Assembly (NCBI GenBank): GCA_031385045.1 | Contig: JANNBC010000025.1 | Coordinates: forward strand, 18,511-82,510 | Length of the DNA: 64,000 nucleotides | Direction: 5' to 3' | From: a bacterium | Lineage (GTDB): Bacteria; Bdellovibrionota_C; UBA2361; CALJRW01 | Shown here: piece after piece, positions 37,641 to 48,136 of the stretch | How positions within the stretch are numbered: the first letter of the stretch is position 1 | Layout of the letters: each line of letters starts with the position of its first letter | Translations under genes and position numbers: made by a program | Notes under the pieces: model-generated | Seen by the model: only the letters and a program-made list of their open reading frames with translations | Databases searched by the model: none | Told to the model about the DNA's origin: nothing

Positions 37641-38768
37641 CTAAATCTGAAAGTTTACTAGAGTGGCAGGGATAATAACTGCCTGTCCCACTGGTATTGG
37701 GTATACTTGATAATCTACTGTGACACTAGCTTCTCCTGCTAGGCAGAAAATTAGTTGAAGCTGATCCTTAGTTGTAAAGATCTGATCAAGGGTTTGTGCA
37801 AATTTACCAATCTTAAAAAAATCATTATCGGGAATTTTGTAAAAGCTTAGTTCGAAGGTCGGGTTAAGCGTTAGAATCTGAGGAACTTGTTCTTGAAAGT
37901 CTAACATTGAAAGTAGAGTTTTCTGATCAATATATTTATGTGTTAATCCTCCGCGCACCACATTATCTGAAGGAGCCATACATTCTAATAATTCACCTGA
38001 TAGGTAAGCATGGGGAATATTAGAATTAATAAACAATGCTCCTCCCGGTTCTACGATTACAAAATTGAGTAAATAAAAGCAGAAGATACCAAGATCGCCA
38101 TTTGGGTATCTTGCTTCTAATTTTATAATCTCTTTCTCAAGTTCTGAAGGGACATTCTTTAATTTAAGCCTGGCAAATAGTTTTTGGGATTCTGATTTAA
38201 TTAGTTCAGCATCCGTATTTACAAGTCGTTGATAGATTTTTTGATAAGTTAGGTCAGCAAGATCCTCAAGGATATTCTTAAATTCTGGAATAAAGCTTTC
38301 ATCTTCCTCATTTAGGAAGTTTAATATTTCAGACTGAGCTCTAAAACCATAAAGCAGCTTAACGGGGGAGATGGCAATTCCAACTTCTGGTTTTGGAAAT
38401 CTATCGGGGTAATTTTTAGGATCATTAGCGTGAAGGATTGGCGCGCGCTGGGCATCTGGGTGTGCTTGAATAGATAGCGCTTCATTTACAGAGAGGACTT
38501 TAAAGAGAAAGGGGAGACTGGCTCCAAATTTTCCTAGCACCTCTTTCCCTAATATTGCCGGAGTAAATTTAATTTCTTCTAAAAGGTTATTTGGGGAATC
38601 TGTAATTTTAGCTGGCGCTTTAGGGTGAGTTCCAAACCAAAGTTCCGCAAACTTTCCTGTTTTTGATTCGTAGCCAAAAGGATTAGAAATGATCGAAGTT
38701 TCATCTTTTCCCCAATCATATTCTTGAACGATGCCTTTGATCTTGATTATTGGGGATTTTATAGTCAT
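37641..38768 (-). CDS. manA: Mannose-6-phosphate isomerase, type I
   Basis: YDWGKDE, ELWFGTHPKAPAKI and LSIQAHPD cupin motifs of PMI class I. Confidence 0.75.
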   Translation of the reverse strand: MTIKSPIIKIKGIVQEYDWGKDETSIISNPFGYESKTGKFAELWFGTHPKAPAKITDSPNNLLEEIKFTPAILGKEVLGKFGASLPFLFKVLSVNEALSIQAHPDAQRAPILHANDPKNYPDRFPKPEVGIAISPVKLLYGFRAQSEILNFLNEEDESFIPEFKNILEDLADLTYQKIYQRLVNTDAELIKSESQKLFARLKLKNVPSELEKEIIKLEARYPNGDLGIFCFYLLNFVIVEPGGALFINSNIPHAYLSGELLECMAPSDNVVRGGLTHKYIDQKTLLSMLDFQEQVPQILTLNPTFELSFYKIPDNDFFKIGKFAQTLDQIFTTKDQLQLIFCLAGEASVTVDYQVYPIPVGQAVIIPATLVNFQI

Positions 38769-38955
38769 GGAATAGATTATAGTAAATTAAGTGGCAAATT
38801 GTCGATGCTCACAGCAAAAGAGTAGTTCAATTTAACAACCCAATTTCCTTCAATCAGTCCTGCTAAAAAGCCTGTAATTCCTAAAAAGACTTTAATTTTA
38901 CTTACTTAAAGAATTAATATAAAAGGAGGCCAGTATTTTTAAAATTAATCTATCT

Positions 38956-40767
38956 GTGAAACAAAACGAAGAAATCCGTAATATCGCCATTATTGCCCAC
39001 GTTGACCATGGGAAAACAACTTTAGTAGATCATTTGTTCAAGCAAAGTGGTTTATTTCGGGAAAACCAAAACGTGGAAGATCGAGCCATGGATAGTGGGG
39101 ATCTAGAAAAAGAGCGTGGGATTACCATCACTGCTAAAAACTGTTCCGTTAAACGCGGCAAAACTAAGATCAATATCCTAGATACTCCAGGTCACGCCGA
39201 TTTTGGTGGTGAAGTGGAACGTGCCTTGATGATGGTGGATGGTGTAATTCTATTGGTTGATGCTGCTGAAGGACCATTGCCTCAAACCCGTTTTGTTCTT
39301 AAAAAATCTTTAGAAAGAGGTCTGCCGATTATTGTTGTCCTAAACAAAATCGATCGTCAAGATGCAAGACCTGCAGAAGTTTTAAACGAAATTTATGATT
39401 TATTTATTGACCTTGATGCCAATGAAGATCAGCTAGATTTTCCTGTGCTTTACGCTATTGCTCGTGATGGTATTGCCAAGCGTGCCTTAACAGATGAGAA
39501 TGTTAATTTAGATCCACTTTTTGATGAAATTATTAATTTCTTACCAGCTCCTAAGTACGATGAGAATGAGCCCTTTGGTATGTTAGTAGCAAACGTTAGT
39601 TACTCTGATTATCTAGGCAAGTTAGCAATTGGTCGGATCTTTAATGGTGTAATTAATCCTGGTGATAAATTGGCTAGGATTGATGAGCAGGAACAAGTTA
39701 CTAGTCTTAAGTCTGTGGTAGTTCAGGTGTATGAAGGTCTTGATATCAAAAAACTTGATTCAACTGCAGCGGCAGGAGAAATTGTAGTAGTTTCCGGAAT
39801 GGAAGATGTGAAAATTGGAGATACTATTTGTTCTGCTGAAAATCCAAGAGTTCTTCCAAGGATTTCAATTGATCCACCAACAGTTTCCATGAAATTCTTT
39901 GCCAATACTTCACCGCTTTGTGGTCAAGAAGGAACTATTGTTCAAGCTCAGAAGATTGGTGATCGCTTAATGAAAGAGTCACTTTATAACGTAGCACTGA
40001 AGATTGAAAAAAGTGAAGATGATGATTCTTTTGTAGTTAAAGGTCGTGGTGAATTACAGATGGCCATTCTAATCGAAACTATGCGCCGTGAAGGTTTTGA
40101 ACTAACAGTTGGGCGACCAGAGATTATCTTTAAAGAAGTTGATGGTGCACGTCATGAGCCGATTGAGCATTTGATGATTGACTGCGGAGAAGAGCACGTT
40201 GGTGTGATTAGTGAAAAGCTATCAAAGCGTAAAGGTCGAATGACTAATCTTGTGAATCACGGTTCTGGTCGTGTTCGTTTAGAATTTTCTGTTCCTTCTA
40301 GAGCTTTAATTGGTTTTAGAAATGAATTCTTAACTGATACTAAAGGAAGCGGGATGTTGAATTCTTATGTTGAAGGATATGAAGAGTACCGTGGTGATTT
40401 CGAAAATCGTCAAAATGGTTCTTTAGTTTCAGACCGTGCCGGAGTCGCTGTTGCCTATGGTTTATTCGGCTTAGAAGATCGTGGTCGAATGCTGGTAAAT
40501 CCTGGAGATGCTGTGTACGAAGGAATGATTATTGGGGAGCATGCTCGTTACAATGATCTTAACGTAAATCCTTGCAAAGCTAAAAAATTAAGTAATATGA
40601 GAACGGCTGGTAAGGATGATAACATTCTCCTTACTCCCGTAACTAAGATGAGCTTGGAGCGAGCAATCGAAATGATTCGTGAAGACGAGTTAGTAGAAGT
40701 AACTCCAAAGAATGTTCGCTTACGGAAGAAATTCCTTTCACCAAACATGCGAAAAGATCGCTTGTAA
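38956..40767 (+). CDS. typA: Translational GTPase TypA/BipA
   Basis: A GTG start. IRNIAIIAHVDHGKTTL (G1), DTPGHADFGGEVER (G3) and NKIDR (G4), with EF-G-like domains. 603 aa. Confidence 0.9.
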   Translation: MKQNEEIRNIAIIAHVDHGKTTLVDHLFKQSGLFRENQNVEDRAMDSGDLEKERGITITAKNCSVKRGKTKINILDTPGHADFGGEVERALMMVDGVILLVDAAEGPLPQTRFVLKKSLERGLPIIVVLNKIDRQDARPAEVLNEIYDLFIDLDANEDQLDFPVLYAIARDGIAKRALTDENVNLDPLFDEIINFLPAPKYDENEPFGMLVANVSYSDYLGKLAIGRIFNGVINPGDKLARIDEQEQVTSLKSVVVQVYEGLDIKKLDSTAAAGEIVVVSGMEDVKIGDTICSAENPRVLPRISIDPPTVSMKFFANTSPLCGQEGTIVQAQKIGDRLMKESLYNVALKIEKSEDDDSFVVKGRGELQMAILIETMRREGFELTVGRPEIIFKEVDGARHEPIEHLMIDCGEEHVGVISEKLSKRKGRMTNLVNHGSGRVRLEFSVPSRALIGFRNEFLTDTKGSGMLNSYVEGYEEYRGDFENRQNGSLVSDRAGVAVAYGLFGLEDRGRMLVNPGDAVYEGMIIGEHARYNDLNVNPCKAKKLSNMRTAGKDDNILLTPVTKMSLERAIEMIREDELVEVTPKNVRLRKKFLSPNMRKDRL

Positions 40768-41063
40768 TTTCAAACGATTGAGGGGGATTGCGACTTTTTA
40801 CGTAGCTGTTCACGTGCTAGGTAAAAGTCTTTTGCCAAGATGCTCAAAGAAAGCAGATCTAGCTATTTCTTTGTCAAAATCTGAACGATTTTGTCCATTG
40901 GTGTGAACGGCTAGTCGTCTCTCCCCCTTCGCTAAAGCTACGGGAGGACAAGCTACCCCCAATTTACTTCGTAAATTGACCCCTTATAGGGGATTTGATC
41001 TTTCTTTATAATGACTACCTGAACGCTTACCTTTTTACTTAACTTAATCATTTTGATTTAATT

Positions 41064-41534
41064 ATGAAATCTGTGGCAATCTTCCTTAGAGCTATTGGCT
41101 TCATTCTTTCGGCAGGATTGTTTCTAATTTCTGCCTACACCCTTAGTGATTATTATTATTTTAAATTCTTTTCTGTTAAGGCGGAAGGAATTATCACTTC
41201 TGTCCAAATTCCGGAAGTGCACTCTCGTTTAGCACAGGCTTCTAATGCCAATCACTCAATAATTAGTGAAGCAGAATATTCTCCTAATTATCAGATTGAT
41301 TATCAAGATTTAAATCACCAACCACAGAGCGGAGTCTTAGTTGGCCTGATTGGTCAGGCAATCTATAAGTCAGGTGATGTTATTCAGTTTTCCTATCTTC
41401 AGAGTAATACTCAAAAACTTAGACAGGTAGAATCCGAAAATCCTTGGCCTACAGTTAGCTTATGTTTATTTATTGCCTGTATCCTCTTAGCGTTCAGCCT
41501 GAGATCTGGTTTTAGAAAAAGAGTGAGTTATTAA
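41064..41534 (+). CDS. Small membrane protein (two TM helices flanking a beta-rich domain; DUF3592-like)
   Basis: Hydrophobic N- and C-terminal helices with a roughly 90-aa middle domain. Confidence 0.4.
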   Translation: MKSVAIFLRAIGFILSAGLFLISAYTLSDYYYFKFFSVKAEGIITSVQIPEVHSRLAQASNANHSIISEAEYSPNYQIDYQDLNHQPQSGVLVGLIGQAIYKSGDVIQFSYLQSNTQKLRQVESENPWPTVSLCLFIACILLAFSLRSGFRKRVSY

Positions 41535-42673
41535 GCACCAACTATTTGTGGGTAAGATTTAGTAGAAATCATTTGCTCACTACCAACGCAAATCCGTAGC
41601 ATTTTTCGAAATCTAACAAAGACACTTTCTTGGATATAGGGAATCTTGTATTTTAGACAAAGCGCTTTTACTTCTGGTTGTACTTCTCGATATTTAAGCA
41701 TTGGAAGATCGGGGAATAGGTGATGTTCAATTTGGTAGTTAAGCCAAATTTGTAAATAGTCCTGCCATTCTTTACCGCAATGATAATTAACTGACGTTAA
41801 TACCTGGGTTAGATAAAACTGTTCTTTATTATCATAGTGAAATTCATAGCGATGTAAATCGTCCCCGGCATGATTTGGTCCAATAATTAAGAAAGAATGA
41901 AAATTGGTAATCATTTCTGCTAGCACCTTATTGATTAATACAAACAGAGCTGCCTGTGGGCTAATTAGTAAAAATAGAGCGGGAATAGCAATAAAGTGGA
42001 AAGTGAAATAGGGTAGATAGCATTGTAGCCAAAGTCTTCTAACTTGTACTTTTTGAAAAGAAAGTAGATCACGGAGAGATAAAAACTTTACCTGATCCTT
42101 ATCGATTCGTTGATACTTCTCATCTAAGCAACTAATTGTATTTAGCGCATAATAGGTGAATTTCCAGCTAATGCAGAAAAAGAACATAAAAATATACTTA
42201 CACCAGATAGGCAGCGATAATTTTCTTAAGAATTCTGCATTTCTCTCGACAAGGTCTGGATCTTGATGTTCCCCAGTATGGTAATGGTGAAGAATATTAT
42301 GTTCATAGTCCCAACCACTAGGGTGAATCCAATCAAACCAATCAATAAAACGACGATTCCCTTTGGCAAACCCTTTACTTGTATAGCGAGTTGGGATGTT
42401 AGGCACTCGGTCGTAGCCACGGTGCATAATGTGATGTGCCATTAGCCAACGTGTAAATTGTCCTAGGCTTAAAAGAAATGCACTAATCGGGTTAGGAAGA
42501 ATCCAAGCAGTTAGATAGCCAAAAAAAGTCGCAATCCTTCCGTAGCTTTCCACTTTTTTTAAATGCTGATAATCTTTACTAGAAATTGAAGCGTAAATGC
42601 GCTGCTTGATTTCCCCAAGTTCAGCAGTAAAGTTTTTAATATCTTCTTTCGAGAATTGATTGGTAACATCCAT
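41531..42673 (-). CDS. Membrane fatty-acid desaturase family protein
   Basis: Three histidine boxes (HHIMHRGYD, HNILHHYHTGE, QIEHHLFPDLP) and multiple TM segments. Confidence 0.7.
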   Translation of the reverse strand: MDVTNQFSKEDIKNFTAELGEIKQRIYASISSKDYQHLKKVESYGRIATFFGYLTAWILPNPISAFLLSLGQFTRWLMAHHIMHRGYDRVPNIPTRYTSKGFAKGNRRFIDWFDWIHPSGWDYEHNILHHYHTGEHQDPDLVERNAEFLRKLSLPIWCKYIFMFFFCISWKFTYYALNTISCLDEKYQRIDKDQVKFLSLRDLLSFQKVQVRRLWLQCYLPYFTFHFIAIPALFLLISPQAALFVLINKVLAEMITNFHSFLIIGPNHAGDDLHRYEFHYDNKEQFYLTQVLTSVNYHCGKEWQDYLQIWLNYQIEHHLFPDLPMLKYREVQPEVKALCLKYKIPYIQESVFVRFRKMLRICVGSEQMISTKSYPQIVGA

Positions 42674-42719
42674 TAATGGTGTTTATAAACTTTAAGACTT
42701 GAAGGGGCAAGCATAATAG

Positions 42720-43136
42720 GTGGGTATTTATATGACAAAAATAACTGGAAGATATCTTACTGGACTTAAGGTTGAGTCAACTCATTTAGACTCAGGAAGC
42801 AAATTTACCACAGTTGCGCCAAAGGATAATAACGGGGACGGTAGCTCATTTTCCCCCTCAGATACAGTAGCCAGTGCTTTGGCTTCTTGTATGCTAACAA
42901 TTTGTGGGATTAAAGCCAAGAAGGAAAATCATTCCTTAGCAGGTGCTCATTACGAGATTGAAAAAATTATGCAATCTAATCCACGTCGCATAGGTAAATT
43001 AGTGTTAACAATTAATTTACCCTTATCCATCCCAGAGAATGCAAGAGCAGGGTATGAAGATGCCTTAAAAAATTGTCCTGTACATCATAGTTTGCATCCC
43101 GATATCGAGCTGGATCTAACTATTAAATACTTATAG
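42720..43136 (+). CDS. OsmC/Ohr-family peroxiredoxin-like protein
   Basis: The two conserved Cys motifs ALASCMLT and LKNCPVHHSL. Confidence 0.6.
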   Translation: MGIYMTKITGRYLTGLKVESTHLDSGSKFTTVAPKDNNGDGSSFSPSDTVASALASCMLTICGIKAKKENHSLAGAHYEIEKIMQSNPRRIGKLVLTINLPLSIPENARAGYEDALKNCPVHHSLHPDIELDLTIKYL

Positions 43137-43155
43137 CTATACCACCTCGAGCAGA

Positions 43156-43800
43156 CTAATCATCTAATTCTACAGCTGCAGTATTATTAATTAAATAGGT
43201 ATGATTGATCGGTCCCCATTGATGAGTCGTTTCACAGTAGGCCTTTAAGCTGTAAGTTGGAATATCAAGATACCAGGCATGTAACTTTACCTGATTTTTC
43301 TTAATTTTCTTGGCAATAAAATCAACCTCTTTTAATTTATTAATTTGATTCATTACGTGATGTTGCACATTATAGAGCAATGATCTTTTGGGGTTTAGAT
43401 CTTTATCACCAGAGCCTACTTCTAGCCATTTATAAATCTCTTCGTATCTCTGTAAATTTTTAGGATTGAGAATAGCTTTAACCGCGCCACAATCTGAGTG
43501 CCCACAGATTATAATATGTTTAACTTTTAAGATTTCTACAGCAAACTCAATTGAACCAAGGGAGCCACAGTGTCCTTCGTATGGAGAGGTAATAATATTA
43601 CCAGCATTTCTGACTACAAAAACTTCTCCAGGCTTAGCACCCATCAAAAAATATGGTTCTACACGCGAGTCGGAGCAGGTGATAAGTAATATTTCAGGAT
43701 TTTGATTATTAGCTAACTTAAATAGTTGCTTCTTCTCTTGGATGCTGAGGTTTCTCTGTAATTTATTATAACGAAGAATTAGCTTTTGAATAATATCCAT
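43156..43800 (-). CDS. Beta-class carbonic anhydrase
   Basis: CSDSRVEP and IIICGHSDCGA zinc-ligand motifs. Confidence 0.8.
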   Translation of the reverse strand: MDIIQKLILRYNKLQRNLSIQEKKQLFKLANNQNPEILLITCSDSRVEPYFLMGAKPGEVFVVRNAGNIITSPYEGHCGSLGSIEFAVEILKVKHIIICGHSDCGAVKAILNPKNLQRYEEIYKWLEVGSGDKDLNPKRSLLYNVQHHVMNQINKLKEVDFIAKKIKKNQVKLHAWYLDIPTYSLKAYCETTHQWGPINHTYLINNTAAVELDD

Positions 43801-43919
43801 TACAAATAATCAGGGTGAGATAAAGTTCTAGCTAATATTTTAGAATAGTTTTTTCAAAAGGAAAATGCTTATTTAAAATTTTTGCGGAATAAATAGTTTT
43901 TGGAGGTTTCAAGTCATGA

Positions 43920-44729
43920 TTAACTTGAGGCCGAGGAGTAATTTTTCAGTCCTTGATTCCAAACTATTTTAATTAAAAAGAGCATCAGAATAAAGGTTAT
44001 AATCATTGTCCCAAACATTTGATAATCATGAAAATTAAGTAAAAATCTTACTGGCCCAGAGGCAACCATTAGAATTGGAATTAAATAAAGTAGTAAAAAG
44101 CGAATCTTATTTTGAAAAACAAAGTCTGGCCAAAAAACAAATTGCGAAACTTGATAACGTAGATAATTTAAACCGAGACCCTGAACTGTCCAGAATGATA
44201 AAAGAGTAATTAGGATTAGCAGAGTAGAAACAAAAACTCCGGCAAAGATGATGACAAATGGTAGTAAGACCCAGCCTAAAAGACTAAGCCCGACATGCCA
44301 GGCGGCATAAATTAGAATCCCAACTGGGAACCAAAGAATTAGTAAGGAGCCTGCCGATATATATGTAAAGAAGACTGAGAGGATTTCTGAGGCAGGTTTT
44401 AATAATTTAAAATCTAATTGTCCACGTTTTAGATCGTCCTCTGAGAATCTCCAAAGATTTCCGACTACGAAAGTATAGAATAGATCCATGGCGGTTACAG
44501 AAAAGGCCCAAAAGAAAATAAATTCCTCACGAGTCCAGCCGCTAATTTCTTTGACATTATTAAATAGTACTTCAATTGTTAATAATTGAGTTCCATAGAA
44601 AACAATTTCTTCCAAGACGCCCATAAAGAAGTTTGTTCTGAAGCTAAGTGTTTTGATTAAATTAATCCTTAAGAATTGTTTCCAGAGTTTTATGTTGTGG
44701 GTAATGTTCATTTTATTTTTGATTTTCAA
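43920..44729 (-). CDS. ABC-2 family transporter permease
   Basis: Six TM helices. It is immediately downstream of a second permease and an ABC ATPase. Confidence 0.5.
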   Translation of the reverse strand: MKIKNKMNITHNIKLWKQFLRINLIKTLSFRTNFFMGVLEEIVFYGTQLLTIEVLFNNVKEISGWTREEFIFFWAFSVTAMDLFYTFVVGNLWRFSEDDLKRGQLDFKLLKPASEILSVFFTYISAGSLLILWFPVGILIYAAWHVGLSLLGWVLLPFVIIFAGVFVSTLLILITLLSFWTVQGLGLNYLRYQVSQFVFWPDFVFQNKIRFLLLYLIPILMVASGPVRFLLNFHDYQMFGTMIITFILMLFLIKIVWNQGLKNYSSASS

Positions 44730-44730
44730 G

Positions 44731-44831
44731 AATTTATCAAAGATAAATAATTTATTTCAATATGTTTCAAGCAATCCGCCTACGCCAAGGCTTCGGCGGG
44801 ATGATTTTTAATAATTTATCTTTGATAAATT
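44731..44831. repeat. Pair of 8-3-8 palindromes AATTTATC-aaa-GATAAATa (44731-44749) and AATTTATC-ttt-GATAAATT (44813-44831) flanking a short GC hairpin (CCGCC..GGCGG, 44776-44799)
   Basis: Read directly. The arms are identical and the centre is flipped aaa/ttt. The pair sits in the 110-bp gap between the two ABC-2 permease genes. Confidence 0.6.
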
Positions 44832-44839
44832 ATTAAAAA

Positions 44840-45637
44840 TCACATTCCTGAGGCGGTGTATAGTTTTAGACCTCTTCTCCACAGAAAATTACAGAATAAT
44901 AAACTTAATAGTGACCAGCTAATTACCGCAATAAAACAGTTGATAATTTCAGTGTTAGTAGCCAGTCCCATTCCAATTTTAACTGGGAAGTAGGTCATAA
45001 ATGGGAAGGGGGTGAGGTAGAGTATTTTTTGAATAGCGGAAGGGAACATATCAATTGGAAAAATTGCACCAGAGAGTAGGTTAACTAAAGTCACTAAGAT
45101 AATCCTAAAAGTCCAAGTCTCTTCCAACCAAAAAGCAATTAGGCCTAGGGCAAAACGTAAGAAGAACCACAAGATTGAGACGAAAATACTGACAGATAGA
45201 AATAGGATTAGGCCAATTGGTTCGATTTGGATCATTCCAAGAAGTGCAAAGACGATAATCGAAAAAAAAGAAATGACTAATTGGAGAATGCTGAACGCTA
45301 AAAAACTAGCAAAATGAAACTTCCAAAAACTAAAAGGATAAATTAAATAAGAGCTAATTCTTCCTAATCTGATATCTTCAGCTAAGCTTCTTTCGCTATA
45401 TGAGCTAGTCAGTAAAGAAAAGATTAAGATCCAGCACTGGTAACTAAGCATCATTTCCAAAGTAAAACCAGCAATGATTTGTTTGGAATTACTTTGGTAA
45501 ATTACAGAAAATAAATTGTATTTAATTGCTAGAAATAAAATTGCTGGAATAATAGCAGTTGATAAGAAGTCTAGTTTATAGGCTAAGTATTGATTCCAAT
45601 TTGTCTTAATTGTGGCGAACCATTTATTTTGTGGCAT
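44840..45637 (-). CDS. ABC-2 family transporter permease
   Basis: Six TM helices. It overlaps the ATPase gene by 14 nt. Confidence 0.5.
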   Translation of the reverse strand: MPQNKWFATIKTNWNQYLAYKLDFLSTAIIPAILFLAIKYNLFSVIYQSNSKQIIAGFTLEMMLSYQCWILIFSLLTSSYSERSLAEDIRLGRISSYLIYPFSFWKFHFASFLAFSILQLVISFFSIIVFALLGMIQIEPIGLILFLSVSIFVSILWFFLRFALGLIAFWLEETWTFRIILVTLVNLLSGAIFPIDMFPSAIQKILYLTPFPFMTYFPVKIGMGLATNTEIINCFIAVISWSLLSLLFCNFLWRRGLKLYTASGM

Positions 45638-46622
45638 TTAGGGCATTCTGTTTATTAAGCAGTATCTTCATTACTTTTTCAATTGGTAGTTTCTCCGTTT
45701 GAAAATCTTGAATTGGGAAGGCATTAAGGATTTTAATCATTTCGTTATTTAGTTGCTCGATTGGGACTTGAAGTTCAACGCTTAGTCCGTCAGCTTCCCA
45801 TTCCGGTAGGAATTTTTCCCAGATTGAATCGGCTTGGTTTGGCGCGGATCCAAAGCGCAGAGTCACTAGTTTCTTGTTTCCTAAAATATTTTGAAAATCA
45901 GCTAACTCACCATCAAAGTCTTTTCGTCCATCTAAGACTAATACAATTCTTCGGCAGAGGGCTGTGATATCTGCCATGTAGTGAGAGGTTAAGATGATCG
46001 TGCAATTACTTTCCGTTTGGTAGTTTTTAAGAAAGTTTCTGATGTTCTCTTGAGCCACAACATCTAGGCCAATTGTTGGTTCATCTAAAAAGATTACTTG
46101 AGGGTTATGTAAGAGACAGGCACTTAATTCCATTTTCATTCTTTCGCCAAGGGAAAGTTTGCGAATTGGTGTGTTTAAAATGCTGGATAAATTTAGTTTT
46201 GCTGTTAATTCAGCTAAACGTTTCTGGTAGAATTTTGGGTCTAATTCGTAGTATGTTGCTAGCAGATTAAAAGAATCAATTGCTGGGATGTCCCACCAAA
46301 GTTGAGATTTTTGTCCCATTACTAGCGCAATGTTTTTTCTAAAATCTAAGGGCCTTGTAAAAGGAGTGTGCCCTAAAACTTCAGCGACTCCAGAACTGGG
46401 AGCAATAATTCCAGTTAGCATTTTGATTAATGTAGTTTTTCCAGCACCATTTGGACCAAGTAAACCAACGAACTCACCACGCTGAATTTCTAAATCAAAA
46501 TCTTGGATGGCAATTTTTGTCTGATAGCTTGGTTTCCAAAGTGATTTAAAGGCGGGAAGAAGGCCAGCTTCTTTCTGGGGAATTAAGAAGTTTTTATTAA
46601 GCTTTACTGTTTTAATAATCAT
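45624..46622 (-). CDS. ABC transporter ATP-binding protein
   Basis: Walker A GPNGAGKTT, signature LSLGERMKM and Walker B VIFLDEPT. Confidence 0.8.
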   Translation of the reverse strand: MIIKTVKLNKNFLIPQKEAGLLPAFKSLWKPSYQTKIAIQDFDLEIQRGEFVGLLGPNGAGKTTLIKMLTGIIAPSSGVAEVLGHTPFTRPLDFRKNIALVMGQKSQLWWDIPAIDSFNLLATYYELDPKFYQKRLAELTAKLNLSSILNTPIRKLSLGERMKMELSACLLHNPQVIFLDEPTIGLDVVAQENIRNFLKNYQTESNCTIILTSHYMADITALCRRIVLVLDGRKDFDGELADFQNILGNKKLVTLRFGSAPNQADSIWEKFLPEWEADGLSVELQVPIEQLNNEMIKILNAFPIQDFQTEKLPIEKVMKILLNKQNALNATK

Positions 46623-46732
46623 GAATCAAATAATCTTGTAGACAGTGCCTTAGACGAAAAAACTTAATTTATTGGTCATTTGTTTTTAGTTAAGCTTTAC
46701 AGACAAGTTAAGACTAAATATAGTTATACTTA

Positions 46733-47110
46733 ATGAATAATCAACTACCTGTTTCCAACTTATATTTCGGCTTGGGCTTATTCTCCCTAGGACTGGCAAT
46801 TGTTATTGGTGCATTCGGTGCCCACGGACTAAAAGATATCTTAGATGATTACGGGAAGGATGTCTTCTTTAAAGCTAATTTTTATCACTTTGTAATTGCA
46901 TTTACAATCTTAATACTTTGCTTAGCACACGTAAGTTACTTAAAGCTAAGTGTCAGTTTATTACTTCTGGCGAGTATTATCTTCTCTGGAAGTTTATATG
47001 TGCTAGCAATTACTGGACTTAAGTGGTTAGGAGCAATTACTCCGATCGGAGGAACTATTATGATTCTAGTAATTTTCTTCCAAGCTTACTTAGCCTTTAA
47101 AGGTCGATAG
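46733..47110 (+). CDS. DUF423-like small membrane protein (four TM)
   Basis: 125 aa with four hydrophobic helices and Gly-rich helix faces. Confidence 0.45.
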   Translation: MNNQLPVSNLYFGLGLFSLGLAIVIGAFGAHGLKDILDDYGKDVFFKANFYHFVIAFTILILCLAHVSYLKLSVSLLLLASIIFSGSLYVLAITGLKWLGAITPIGGTIMILVIFFQAYLAFKGR

Positions 47111-47842
47111 TTAACAAGCCCAATTAATATTCTCAATATATTTAATCAGTGATTCTGCTGATTTAAAGCGCTTATGAATTAGATTTTTTCTAAGTCCATT
47201 GCAGATTGCTTTAACTTCTGGGGGATGCTTACTGTAGTGCTTGCTACCACCAATCGAATCATAAAAAATTTTAATTAAATCAAATAAATCATCTTTCATA
47301 TTCTGATGACGAGGATGGCTCCAATTGAAAAAATCAATAAACTTTAAATCAAAACCAAGGCCATATCTTTTGATAATAATATTATCAGCATGTAAATCAC
47401 CATGGTACTCCTGATAGTTTTGAATTTCAGCAATTCCTAAGGCTAGGGAGTGCAGTAAGTGTAATCCTTGATAAACAGAAAGTCGTTTTCCAGGCTGCTT
47501 GTTAAGAAATTCACTTAATGATTCTCCGCTCACAAAATCGGATACGAGCATGACAACTTTTTGCTCCTGAAAGGAGATAATATCATGGCTATGAAAGGGG
47601 ATTAGGACCTCACAATCCCGAAGTTTATGAAGCTTACGAGCGGCTGCTTTGGAGGTCTTCATTTGCAAGTTCCGGTGAGGAAAGAAGAATTTAGCTCCTC
47701 GTTCAATCTTTGTGGAAAGCTCTTTAACCAAATACACTTCTCCCTCCCAGCCACTACCAATTTTATTGGTAATATAGTATTTATCTGCTACCCGTTCACC
47801 TGTTTTAAAGTTGAATGATGTGATGGTTTTATTTTGGTTCAT
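47111..47842 (-). CDS. Small protein-kinase-like protein (lipopolysaccharide/Kdo kinase or RIO-like)
   Basis: Gly-rich loop GSGWEGEVY, VAIK-like Lys (GAKFFFP), a catalytic-loop HGDLHADNIIIK and a DF motif (IDFFNW). Confidence 0.5.
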   Translation of the reverse strand: MNQNKTITSFNFKTGERVADKYYITNKIGSGWEGEVYLVKELSTKIERGAKFFFPHRNLQMKTSKAAARKLHKLRDCEVLIPFHSHDIISFQEQKVVMLVSDFVSGESLSEFLNKQPGKRLSVYQGLHLLHSLALGIAEIQNYQEYHGDLHADNIIIKRYGLGFDLKFIDFFNWSHPRHQNMKDDLFDLIKIFYDSIGGSKHYSKHPPEVKAICNGLRKNLIHKRFKSAESLIKYIENINWAC

Positions 47843-48136
47843 GAATTTTCGAATCTTTTTTATTCAAAGTATTAGGGATTAATTTGCTAGGTCAATTTCT
47901 CAGCAGATTAGAATACAATAGTTCGACTATTTGATAAAGGTTTTGTGATTATTTTTTATAAAAATATTTAGTGTAAGATTGAAGAATTTGATCGAGAATC
48001 TATTTCTTCAAAAACGAATACTAGAATTTTAAGAGATTTGAGACTCAAACACTAACATTCATTTAAGTAATTTACTTTTGACTGTTGAGCAGTAAAGCCT
48101 TACTGGTTTGAGAGTACTTTTATTAGCCGTGGTAAG

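Noticed and set aside
40768-41063. tmRNA or tRNA in the long gap after typA
   Set aside because: There is no GGTTCGAATCC-type T-loop, no acceptor-stem/CCA arrangement and no tag-peptide reading frame ending in ..AA followed by a stop. Hand-folding gives only short AT-rich stems.
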